A DNA stretch of 64,000 nt. Source: Tepidisphaera sp. (GTDB lineage: Bacteria > Planctomycetota > Phycisphaerae > Phycisphaerales > UBA1924). Numbering within the stretch: the first letter of the stretch is position 1; each line of letters opens with the position of its first letter. The DNA lies in assembly GCA_050916045.1 (NCBI GenBank), contig CP051526.1, positions 2,368,001 through 2,432,000 on the forward strand. The letters run 5' to 3'. Both the position numbers and the translations under genes were made by a program. This document shows positions 53,056 to 61,933 of the stretch, in pieces. The notes below the pieces were generated by a model that made no database searches, had not been told where the DNA came from, and worked only from the letters and a program-made list of their open reading frames with translations.

Positions 53056-55896
53056 TCAGACCGCCGACGTGTTCGGCGCGGGAGCCGAGGCCGGAGCCGC
53101 GGGCTCACTTTCAGGAGCCTCAGGAGCTTCGGGTGCTTCGGGTGCCTCCGCAGCCTCGGGCGCTTCAGGAGCTTCGGGCGTTTCCGGAGCCTCCGGGGCC
53201 TCAGCCTCATCGATCGTCTCGGGAGCGACGCTCTCACTTTCAAGCTCGTTGAGGCGCTCTTCGAGCGCTTCGGCACGCTCTTCGGCCTGTTCGAGCATCC
53301 TCTCGAGCGCCTCGACGCGATTCTCGAGCGCTTCGGCCTGGTTCTCCAGAGCCTCCGAGCGGGTATGAAGCCGCTTGGACGCGACCTCAAGCTCCGCACG
53401 TTCCTCGGCACTCAGGCTTGCCGCCCGCGTCTCAAGCTCGATCGCAAGCTCACGAAGCTCTTCGGCCCGATCACGAGCGGTCTCCGCCTCCTCGCGGGCC
53501 CGCTCGGTGTCGCGCTCGAACGCGTCGCGGCTGCTCTCGATCTCGCGGAGCATCTCGCGGTAACGCTGGGCCGAGTCCTTCGCGGCTTTGCCCTGCGCCC
53601 GCGCGGCTTCAATCTGAGCCAGCCCGAGGTACCGCCCCTCCACCGTGGCCAGGCCGTTCGAAGCCGGGAACGCCGCGCCGGCTTTGGGCGTCCCGCCCAC
53701 GATCCCGATGAACTTCTCGAACACGGCGTGCTCGGAGTCGTTGGCCCAGATGATGATCCCGCCGCTCGTCCGCTGCACCAGAATCGGCACATCGTCGCGG
53801 CTCATGAAGCAGTAGAACGAGTCAAGCTTGTCCTCGGGAAGCGTGTACTCGCGGGCGGTGCGGCCGACGGTGTAGTGCTCCATGCCCGCGGGAACATTCA
53901 GTTGCCCCTGGGCCTCACGCGTCAGAGGCACGCCCGGCACCGAAATGGAATCCCGGAGCAACGGCTGGCCCGGAACAACCTTCAAGTCGGCGAGCGGTTC
54001 ACCCGGCACGGTGAGCGCAAGAGGCGCGGTCGGTGCCTTGGGGGCACGCGGAGCCCGAGCGGGCTGCGTCGCGCGGGGCGCGGTCTGTCCCCGCGTGCCG
54101 GTGCTGCTGGGTGGCAGGGCGCGGCCCTCAACGGTCACGCCGTCGCGCATCGCGTCCAGCGCCGGAGCCTCGCCAAAGAACGTGACTCCGGGCTCGGCGG
54201 GCTGCGTGCCGCGGGCCTTGCCGGTTCCCTTCTTCGTGGTCTTCACGGGCTCGCCGGGCACGATCACGGCCGTGCGTCCGTCGCTCGTGAGCACGCGGAT
54301 CTCCTTGGTTGCCGCGACGTCCTTGGCTTCCTTCTCCGGGGGGCAGGCCAGCCCCGGCATCACGAACGTTCCCGCCGTGAGGATCAGGGTCGCGACGCAC
54401 ACGCCGATCACCGACTTTCCAGGAGCCGACCGTTCCGTCATCACCATCGTAATTCTCCTTGCCAATCGCTTGGCTGACTTCGACACGACCCCGAGCCATG
54501 GTCCACCTTGACGCTCATTGAGACTGATGTACGACGTGGTCACCAGCAGCGCGGACGCGTACGCCCGGCGGTGCCTCGGAAAGAGGCTTGTGACCCACGC
54601 GTCGCACGACGCTTCCGCTTCATCATGCAGACGCTTCCGCGCCCACCACACCACAGGATGCCACCAGTAGATCGCTCCGATCGCCGCTTGCACCCAGCAG
54701 ACCAGATGATCCCCGCGACGCACGTGAGCCAGTTCGTGGACCAGCACCGCCCGGCGGGCGTCGCTGTCAAGCGTCCGCCAGAGCCTTTCGGGCAGGATCA
54801 GCCGCGTCTTCCACCCGCACCAGATCATCGGCGACACCGCCGCATCCACGAAGTACGCTTGCGGCGTCTTGCTCAGCCCCAGCGCATCCCCCACCTGACG
54901 CACCGAAGCCTGCACCGAAGCGTCCGCGGGCGTCGCTCGCTTGACCCATCGCCCCGCGAGAAGCGTCCGCACCAGACTGATCGTCACCAGAAGCATCGCG
55001 CCGCCCACCCACACCACACCGGGAACACGCGGAAGCTCCGCGATCGCGTCCCGCACATTCAGAAGGCGCACCAGCCACGCCCGCACATCCGCCCAGCTCG
55101 AACCCGCCGCCGCCGCGATGGGCGCTGCCGATGGCTCGGTGGCGATCTCCGTCGGGACAGAGGGTGTCATCGCCACACGCGATGCCTCACGCTCAATGGT
55201 CGCTCCGGGTGCTTCGACAGGGCCAGGTGCCTCGATAGGGCCAGGTGCCCGCGCACCACGATCCAACGGCACGAAAGCCCCGCCTAAAGAGTGGCTGTCG
55301 CTGCGCGGGGCACGCGCCGGCTCCGCCGTGACCGCGAAGGGGTCCACACGCGAGCCGGTCGTCATCGTCGGGACCGCGTGCGCCGCATCATCAACTCCCG
55401 AAAGCACACCGGCGTGCACCGATTCCGAAGGACGCTCGGCGATGCTGAGATTCGCGGTGAAATCCAAAGCCAGCGAGGGCGGCGTCGCGATCCCAAGCGG
55501 CTCAAGTTTGATCCCGTCGCGACGGACCGGCGGGAAAGCGGGCTCGACTGGTGCCGTAGGTTGGCGAGCCGCGTCCAACCCGCCCGCGGCGAGCGTGCTG
55601 ACTTCTGGCGAAGCAGGCTTGACCGCCGCGGGATCCGCAGCGGATCCATCCGAAAGGACCGAGTCGGCCACCGCGATCAGACTGTCCGAGCGGAACCACT
55701 GCGGCCGCCAGATCATCGCGCCGAGCATCGGCGTGACAAACGACGCGAGCACCGCGAACCAGAGCATGTGCCGCGTCGAGGGACGCAGGCTCTTGCACCG
55801 GCAGACGCAGCCCACGAGCAGCGCCAGGGGGGAAGCGGCCAGCCCGCCCATCCAGAGCAGGTCCGCCGTCCGTGAGATGAGCTCATCTGTCGCCAT
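53056..55896 (-). CDS. BlaR1/MecR1-type M56 metallopeptidase with atypical C-terminus
   Basis: RH.LW..VL, SPMI, VLVHELAHVRRGD, WWHP.VWW, E..CD; no penicillin-binding sensor; coiled coil and (EAP)n tail. Confidence 0.9.
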   Translation of the reverse strand: MATDELISRTADLLWMGGLAASPLALLVGCVCRCKSLRPSTRHMLWFAVLASFVTPMLGAMIWRPQWFRSDSLIAVADSVLSDGSAADPAAVKPASPEVSTLAAGGLDAARQPTAPVEPAFPPVRRDGIKLEPLGIATPPSLALDFTANLSIAERPSESVHAGVLSGVDDAAHAVPTMTTGSRVDPFAVTAEPARAPRSDSHSLGGAFVPLDRGARAPGPIEAPGPVEAPGATIEREASRVAMTPSVPTEIATEPSAAPIAAAAGSSWADVRAWLVRLLNVRDAIAELPRVPGVVWVGGAMLLVTISLVRTLLAGRWVKRATPADASVQASVRQVGDALGLSKTPQAYFVDAAVSPMIWCGWKTRLILPERLWRTLDSDARRAVLVHELAHVRRGDHLVCWVQAAIGAIYWWHPVVWWARKRLHDEAEASCDAWVTSLFPRHRRAYASALLVTTSYISLNERQGGPWLGVVSKSAKRLARRITMVMTERSAPGKSVIGVCVATLILTAGTFVMPGLACPPEKEAKDVAATKEIRVLTSDGRTAVIVPGEPVKTTKKGTGKARGTQPAEPGVTFFGEAPALDAMRDGVTVEGRALPPSSTGTRGQTAPRATQPARAPRAPKAPTAPLALTVPGEPLADLKVVPGQPLLRDSISVPGVPLTREAQGQLNVPAGMEHYTVGRTAREYTLPEDKLDSFYCFMSRDDVPILVQRTSGGIIIWANDSEHAVFEKFIGIVGGTPKAGAAFPASNGLATVEGRYLGLAQIEAARAQGKAAKDSAQRYREMLREIESSRDAFERDTERAREEAETARDRAEELRELAIELETRAASLSAEERAELEVASKRLHTRSEALENQAEALENRVEALERMLEQAEERAEALEERLNELESESVAPETIDEAEAPEAPETPEAPEAPEAAEAPEAPEAPEAPESEPAAPASAPAPNTSAV
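53105..53210 (-). repeat. 9-bp coding repeat encoding (EAP)n
   Basis: EAPEAPETPEAPEAPEAAEAPEAPEAPEAPESE. Confidence 0.85.
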
Positions 55897-55966
55897 CGTC
55901 CTGCTCCGTCAGAGCCGCCGTTCCGCCGTGCTTGTCCCAATCCGTTGAGAAGCCCGGTCCAAAGGT

Positions 55967-56368
55967 TCAGTCCCGCGAGTCCGGCTCGCGCGAGTCCAGG
56001 TCATCGATGAGCTTGCGAAGCTGGGCGATCTCGTTCCCCGAGAGCTTTTCGTTCTCGATAAGTTGGAGGATCATCGGCCCGGCCGCGCCGTCATAAAGCT
56101 GGTCCACCAGCATCTTGATGCGCGAAGCGCTCACACTCTCGCGCGAAATCTTCGCCCGGTAGACATACGCGGTGTCCCGCTTGTCGCTGGCGACCACGCT
56201 CTTCTGCTCAAGGCGTGTCAGGAAGGTCAGAACGGTGGTGTATGCGACGGGCCGGCCACGCTCGTGCAGCCTGTTCATCACGTCCCGCACCGTGAGCGGG
56301 CCCTCATCCCAAAGAACCCGCATCACCGCGAGTTCCGCTTCTCCGAGTTCGACCGGTCGCTTGGCCAT
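55967..56368 (-). CDS. BlaI/MecI/CopY-family repressor
   Basis: L..AEL.VM.VLW..GP.TVR.V..L..AYTTV.T.L.RLE.K..YVY. Confidence 0.94.
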   Translation of the reverse strand: MAKRPVELGEAELAVMRVLWDEGPLTVRDVMNRLHERGRPVAYTTVLTFLTRLEQKSVVASDKRDTAYVYRAKISRESVSASRIKMLVDQLYDGAAGPMILQLIENEKLSGNEIAQLRKLIDDLDSREPDSRD

Positions 56369-56413
56369 CGTGGTTCCGTTTCCCGGACCGGGCGGGGCCG
56401 ATCCGTGGGGCTC

Positions 56414-56471
56414 TACTACCGCTGTCGTAGCCCTCCCTCGGAAAGATACTACAGACGTCGTAGGCTGTCAA
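56414..56471 (-). promoter_or_regulatory. Sigma70-type promoter with two palindromic operators
   Basis: TTGACA (56471-56466)-N17-TATCTT (56448-56443); TACTAC-N4-GTCGTA at 56414-56429 and 56447-56462. Confidence 0.8.
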
Positions 56472-56832
56472 TCGCTTTTTCGGAATTCCCCAAGAAAATT
56501 TCGCGAGGGCGTTCTTTGCGCTTCTCAGCGTTCGATCTCGGGGTCATACCCGGGCCCCACCGAAGGACCGCCGCCGTGCGCACCGGGCCCGCGATGGTCG
56601 CCCGAGGCCGTGGATGCCCCGCCATGAGGCCGCTTCGGCCAAGGTCCCGAGGCCCTCGGCCATCGCGCCGCGGGCCGGAGGCGGGATCCTGACGCAAGTC
56701 GCCCTTTGCGCGCCCGTGCAAGGTGTTCGCACAACTCGCATCGTGCCCCGTGCACGCGACCCGCTTCTTTGACTACGACGCGTTCGTGGTGGCTTTCGAG
56801 ACGGGCTGCTGAAGCCTGAACATGGTTCTCAT

Positions 56833-56864
56833 CCGCCGCCCGGGCGTGAACGCCCGGGCGGCGG
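56833..56864. repeat. Perfect 14-bp hairpin (REP-like or terminator)
   Basis: CCGCCGCCCGGGCG-TGAA-CGCCCGGGCGGCGG. Confidence 0.65.
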
Positions 56865-56974
56865 CTTCCAGGATGTTCCGGGACAAGACGGACGGGGGCG
56901 TATGGGTGAGGGCATTCGCGAGGATCGGCGAGATTCGGCGGGGTGGCGGCAGATGGTCAGGATGCCGCGAGCGA

Positions 56975-57745
56975 TCAGCGAGAGAGGCGGAATGAACGCG
57001 AAAAAGGCGGGGTGCGGGGGATCGAACGGGGCGGATGGCGGAGCGGCTTGCGGCCGCATTCGGGGCAGATGAGCGTCAAGCGGCGAGGCTTGGGGTAGGC
57101 GCAGTAGGGGCATTGGCGTCGACGAATCCGACTGAAGTACTTCGCGGCATAGATGTGCTGTCGCGCGCGTACGGCGACGATCGGCACGAGCACCTGTATC
57201 GCGAGATACTGCGCCGCGAGGTCGCAGGCCGCTTGCGTGTCGTACGCGATCCAGGGCGAGGGGGCCATGATGAAATCACGGTGGATGCGATCTACCTGGA
57301 AAGCCCCCATGTGACTGGAACGCCATTTCTCCACAGTGATCTCTTGGGGAAGGATCGTCCAATTCTTCGTGACCAGCTTCTCGCCGACGCGGGAATTCGT
57401 GATCGCATTGATGGAACCACCACGAATGGCGACGGTCCGCCAACGAAGCAGCGCGTCAGGTGCTTGGAGTTTCGTCCACTCCACGAAGCAGATTGTCGGT
57501 GGCTCGTGTGAATCTCGCGGGGAAGGCACGATCGGGCCGGACCATGATTCCACAAGATCCTCGCGATGAAGATACGAGGCGGAGGTCGGTGAAGACGGGA
57601 CCCCTGTGTCGGCGGAGCTTCGCACGACGAGAATGGTGAGGCCTACGAGGAGCATCGCCGCGACAACCTCCGGCCACCACCGCGTGGCGAAGCTTGCGCG
57701 GCGGTTGAGCACGATCGATGCTTTGGCTGGAAACACTCGCGTCAT
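56975..57745 (-). CDS. Hypothetical membrane protein with C-terminal zinc ribbon
   Basis: N-terminal TM, second hydrophobic segment, RRRQCPYCAY..CPECG. Confidence 0.65.
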   Translation of the reverse strand: MTRVFPAKASIVLNRRASFATRWWPEVVAAMLLVGLTILVVRSSADTGVPSSPTSASYLHREDLVESWSGPIVPSPRDSHEPPTICFVEWTKLQAPDALLRWRTVAIRGGSINAITNSRVGEKLVTKNWTILPQEITVEKWRSSHMGAFQVDRIHRDFIMAPSPWIAYDTQAACDLAAQYLAIQVLVPIVAVRARQHIYAAKYFSRIRRRQCPYCAYPKPRRLTLICPECGRKPLRHPPRSIPRTPPFSRSFRLSR

Positions 57746-58202
57746 GATGATCGGTCGGCAAACCTAGGGTGACCATGCGCGGCGATCGCTTGCGCGATCG
57801 TCTCTTTCGGGAGGTTCTCCTTTTTCGGAGGCCGCAAAAACGACATCGCCCGGCGGGGGGCCGGGCGAATCGGGAATGGAGCGAGCCGGACGCTAATTGA
57901 ACTGTTCGTGGTTCACTCGGGCACATCGATTGAATCCCCTCACCAGTCCGGCTGACGCCTGAAAGTTCACCCCCTAACTGGCACAGTCTCGGGGCAAGCG
58001 CAGTGCACGGAGTGCTCTGATACGCTGGGGCGTTGAAACCGGGGGAAGGTCAGTGCTTCTGGACGTTGCATAAAGGGTTGCGCAACGTCCCGTCGCGAGG
58101 ACGGTTCAAGCTCGCCTCGCGGTCCCAGGATAAGGCGACGAGTTTGAACTACTCCGTAAGTGCTGATGGTCTCGGCACTGACCGAGGCCACCAAACCGTC
58201 AA

Positions 58203-58295
58203 AGTCGGGGTGACAGGACACGGTTTGAACTTTTCGTCGAGGGAATACGTCTTTGGGAGCCAGAAACGCGGTTTTTGCTGGGCGTGGAACCGTAA
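58203..58295 (+). pseudogene. Post-att tail of a putative site-specific recombinase gene
   Basis: SRGDRTRFELFVEGIRLWEPETRFLLGVEP*, in frame across the core with the 61856-61933 fragment. Confidence 0.5.
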
Positions 58296-58370
58296 AGTCT
58301 CGAAAGGACAGCCAACCGCCACCGCCTTCCGGACCGCTGGTTCGGGGCGGAACGATCCGCGGCATCCAGC

Positions 58371-58562
58371 GCACCGGGCAGGCCCGCCCCGAGCGACCAG
58401 CGCGAGTACCGCTTAATCGCTAGCGTCAGCCGCAGCGAAACGATGCTGAGCTTCGAGTCGGGCAAGGGCGGGATGCAGGCCCACTACTTCTCACGCTGGG
58501 TGAGCACGAGCGGGGCGATCGGGCCTCGGAGCGAGACGGAGTCGGCGACTGTTGCGGCATGA
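58371..58562 (+). pseudogene. Remnant of the same uncharacterised domain (copy 3 of 3)
   Basis: APGRPAPSDQREYRLIASVSRSETMLSFESGKGGMQAHYFSRWVSTSGAIGPRSETESATVAA*. Confidence 0.7.
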
Positions 58563-58648
58563 TGCCCGCGGGGGACGCTCACGCGCCGGACATCGCCGTT
58601 CGCACGGCCGGACTTGCCGTCCTTACGCGCAGGCTTGCGAACGTTGTT

Positions 58649-61558
58649 TCATGGACTCGATGGCTTTGCTTCCCTCTCTGTGTCCGCCGCCTTCCGCGAG
58701 TGCCGCTGGAAGAACTCCCACACCCGCTCGGCCCCGGAGAACGACGCGATCGGCGCGTTGCCGTCGCGCCGGGACTTGGAGCCCGGCCAGCCGTGCCCAC
58801 CCGCTGAGTCCACCACGAATTCGGTCACAGCTCCACCGGGCCCGGCCTCGTACGTCGTGGTTGTGACGGTTCCGCCAATGTCGACTTTCGGCTCGGGCAG
58901 CGACTTGTTCGCGCGGACCCAGAACTGCACAACGTCCTTCAGCGGCTTGTACGGGGCTTCCTGCGCACGCTTCACGATCGGGTTGCGGCTCATGCCACCG
59001 TCGAGGGGCACTTCTTCATCCTTCGCGCCGTTGATGATGAGAACGGGCAGCGGCACGGCGGGCACGTTGTCGAAGGTGAACATGCTCGCCACGACCGGCG
59101 CGATCGCGGCCAGCCGCTGCGGGCGGGCCACGGCGTAGACGAAGGTCATCATCCCGCCGTTGGAGCCCCCGGTCATGTAGATGCGTTCCGAGTCCGCGCC
59201 GTGATCGCGTACGAGCGTGTCGATGAGCGTGTCGAAGTACGCGATGTCGTCTGCGTCTTGTACCTGCTGTCTGAGCAGAAAGCCGGTGTTCCACGCGTGC
59301 CGCGGCTCGCCCGCGGGGCCGAAGCGGGTCCCCTCGGCATACACCACCATGAATCCGCTCTTCTTGGCAACGGCGTCGAAGCCGGAGTTGGCCCGCATGA
59401 CCTCCGCGCTGCCCATCCCGCCGTGCAGCACGATCACCGCGGGACGTTTGGCAGCGCCCTCCGGGGCATTGACGACCACCGCCCGGCGCTTGGCACCCTT
59501 GATGTCAAAGGTCACTTCGGCGTCAGGCTTTGCTGCTGTCGGCGGCTTCGCTTCCGACTTGGTGTCTGCCGCATTCCGCGCGTGCTTCTGGAAGAACTCC
59601 CACATCAGGTCGTTTGCCGAGATGTCCTTCGTTGAAGGACCGAGCATCTCCAGCGGCGGCTCGCGCCCGGGCCAGGTGTGCCCGCCGCCGGTGATCTCAA
59701 TGAGCACGACTTCCGTGCCGTCCTTGCCGCCGCCCCAAGTCTTGCGTGTGACGGTCATGCCGTCGGCCGCGGCGTCGGGGAGTTGCACGACCTCTGGCGG
59801 CTGAGCGCAGCCGTTGGCTTTGATCCATTGATCCAGCGAGTGCTGCACCGAGAGGAAGACCGGGCGCACATTGGTGAGCGCGTTGCCTTTGCCCTGACCG
59901 CCGTTGAACGGGGCCTGCGCATCGGCGGTGCCATGAAAGTGCATCACCGCAACGGGGCGCGTGGGCTTGCAGGTTTCGGTGCCCATCGGCCCGCCGACGG
60001 GCGCGATCGCGGCGAAGCGGTCGGCAAGTTCGGACGCAACGCGATACGCCATGATCCCGCCGTTGGACATGCCCGTCGCGTAGACGCGGTTCGCATCGAC
60101 GTTGGCCACCGTCGCCAGATCGTCGAGCATCGCCCGAGTGAAGCCGACATCGTCGATGCTGTTGTCCATCGCATAGCCGCAGCAGTTACCGCCGTTGAAG
60201 GTGAGTAGGCGATTGGGCAGCCGCCCCGTGCCGTACGGGTAGGCGACGATGAAGCCCGCCTCGTCAGCCTTGTCGTTAAGCCCGCTGAAGTTCACCATCG
60301 TTTCAGGGTTGCCGCCGCCGCCGTGGAACACGACGACCACGGGCGTGGGCCGGGCCGCGTCGTAGCCGCGCGGGATGTAGACCAGCGAACGGCGGTCGAG
60401 CGTGCCGACCTTGACCGAGCGTGTGATGGTCTTGCCGGGGGCGAGCGCGGGCTTCGCGGGTGCGGCGGGCTTGGTCGTTGCGGCGGGCGGCTCGCCAAAC
60501 GCCGCGCGATAGAACACCCAGTTGTCGTCGCCCATAGCGGCCAGCACGCGCATCGGGTCGTGCTCTATGCCGGGGAGCACCGTCCAGGTGTGCGGGACCT
60601 TCAAGCCTTCGAGGTGCTCGTGGAACTCCTTGTTCGCAGCGAACGTCTCGTCCTTGTCGCCGATCACCACGCGGACCAGCGAGCCCCTGGTGATCGCAGC
60701 GATGTTCTGCTCGGCCAGCACGCGCGGGCTGACGGCGCGGAAGTACGCCTGATCGCCGCCGTAGACCTTCGCGAGCACTTCCGCGGCCCGCTGGCGCCCG
60801 GCCCTCGGGGCTTGGATCAACTCCGCCTGCATCGGCCCCGCGCCGACGATCGACACCGCCCTGAACATCTCAGGGAACTTGAAGCCCAGCCGCGCCGAGC
60901 CGTAACCGCCCATGCTGAAGCCATCGAGCAGGCGACCCGCCCGCGTGGCGATGGTGCGGTGCGTCGCGTCGATGTGCGGCACGAGGTCCTTGACGATCAC
61001 GCTCTCCAGCGGCACGGTGCCGTCCTTCCAATCGACGTACATCCCCTCGACCAGCCCGTTGACGAACACGACCAGGCACGGCGGCGTCTTGCCCGCCTCG
61101 ATCGCGGCATCAAAGTGGGCCGCAACCTTGGCGATCCCCGCTGCGCCGCCGCCCGAGCCGTGCAGCCAGTAGACGACGGGGAAGCGCCGGTCCTTGTTCG
61201 CCTCTCCGTCGTACGCCGCGGGCGTGTAGAGGTGGTAACTGACCTTGGTCTTTGCAGCAGCGCTGTCAAAGCTATGGAACGACACCTTTGGGGCTGTCAG
61301 TTCGGGCGTCACCCATTGAGGACCGGGCCCCACGTCATGGCCCGCGCGAATCCTCTCGCCCTGCTTGTTGCCATCCACCGACTTCTGGGCAAGAGCCGGG
61401 CTATTCAGCAGCGCGAGCGATGCGACGATCAAGGCGGCTGCGGCAATCAAGAGCGGCACCGCCCGTCGGGTCGTGTGATGGCGAGTGCGGGAAGTGGCAC
61501 TGTTGTATCGCCCGGCCAGTGCCATAGCCAAGTTCCCGGCAGAGATCTCGCTTCGCAT
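58649..61558 (-). CDS. Secreted protein with three alpha/beta-hydrolase domains (one esterase, two PHB-depolymerase/LpqC-like)
   Basis: Signal ending PALA; nucleophile motifs GFSMGG, GMSNGG, GGSNGG; GIEH, GGGHTWPG, GGHGWPG; start uncertain (61624/61558/61525). Confidence 0.88.
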   Translation of the reverse strand: MRSEISAGNLAMALAGRYNSATSRTRHHTTRRAVPLLIAAAALIVASLALLNSPALAQKSVDGNKQGERIRAGHDVGPGPQWVTPELTAPKVSFHSFDSAAAKTKVSYHLYTPAAYDGEANKDRRFPVVYWLHGSGGGAAGIAKVAAHFDAAIEAGKTPPCLVVFVNGLVEGMYVDWKDGTVPLESVIVKDLVPHIDATHRTIATRAGRLLDGFSMGGYGSARLGFKFPEMFRAVSIVGAGPMQAELIQAPRAGRQRAAEVLAKVYGGDQAYFRAVSPRVLAEQNIAAITRGSLVRVVIGDKDETFAANKEFHEHLEGLKVPHTWTVLPGIEHDPMRVLAAMGDDNWVFYRAAFGEPPAATTKPAAPAKPALAPGKTITRSVKVGTLDRRSLVYIPRGYDAARPTPVVVVFHGGGGNPETMVNFSGLNDKADEAGFIVAYPYGTGRLPNRLLTFNGGNCCGYAMDNSIDDVGFTRAMLDDLATVANVDANRVYATGMSNGGIMAYRVASELADRFAAIAPVGGPMGTETCKPTRPVAVMHFHGTADAQAPFNGGQGKGNALTNVRPVFLSVQHSLDQWIKANGCAQPPEVVQLPDAAADGMTVTRKTWGGGKDGTEVVLIEITGGGHTWPGREPPLEMLGPSTKDISANDLMWEFFQKHARNAADTKSEAKPPTAAKPDAEVTFDIKGAKRRAVVVNAPEGAAKRPAVIVLHGGMGSAEVMRANSGFDAVAKKSGFMVVYAEGTRFGPAGEPRHAWNTGFLLRQQVQDADDIAYFDTLIDTLVRDHGADSERIYMTGGSNGGMMTFVYAVARPQRLAAIAPVVASMFTFDNVPAVPLPVLIINGAKDEEVPLDGGMSRNPIVKRAQEAPYKPLKDVVQFWVRANKSLPEPKVDIGGTVTTTTYEAGPGGAVTEFVVDSAGGHGWPGSKSRRDGNAPIASFSGAERVWEFFQRHSRKAADTEREAKPSSP

Positions 61559-61855
61559 GGTGGTAGGGTAACGACGATCTCGTTGCGTGATTGCGGGAGG
61601 GGGCTGCACTTCAGTGACGGCCATTCACCGTGGCGGCGTATCGCCTTCGTCCGGCCGCGCGCAAGTCACGTCGAGCGGCGCCGTGCCGATCGTCGTTTCC
61701 TTGATCGCGGCGAGCAGCTCGCACCTCGTTGTTCCCCGCTAATCGCCGGGCATAAGGGGTGGCGAGTTCAAATCCCGTCAACAGTCGGCCCGAAAGAACC
61801 CGATTCTGCCGATCGGCAGACATTGATTGAACAAGTTCGAAGGAACACAAATCCC

Positions 61856-61933
61856 TGCCCCGTAACGAGAAAGCCCTTCGATGGGCACATCGAAGGGCTT
61901 GATCTCTCGAAGAATCGGGGTCACAGGATTTGA
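61856..61933 (+). pseudogene. Pre-att fragment of a putative site-specific recombinase gene
   Basis: CPVTRKPFDGHIEGLDLSKNRGHRI* running antisense into the tRNA. Confidence 0.5.
61871..61900 (-). terminator. Hairpin terminator downstream of the tRNA
   Basis: AAGCCCTTCGAT-GGGCAC-ATCGAAGGGCTT, 12-bp perfect stem, minus-strand T-rich tail. Confidence 0.7.

Larger units (their letters stand above)
58205..61928. mobile_element. Degenerate integrative islet at tRNA-Pro 3' end, no intact integrase
   Basis: Direct repeat TCGGGGT(G/C)ACAGGA at 58205-58218 and 61915-61928, the reverse complement of the tRNA-Pro 3' end. Confidence 0.7.

Noticed and set aside
53056..56368. Beta-lactam resistance locus
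   Set aside because: No beta-lactamase, PBP or penicillin-binding sensor domain
56770..56790. Third BlaI operator (TACGAC...)
   Set aside because: Only one half-site matches
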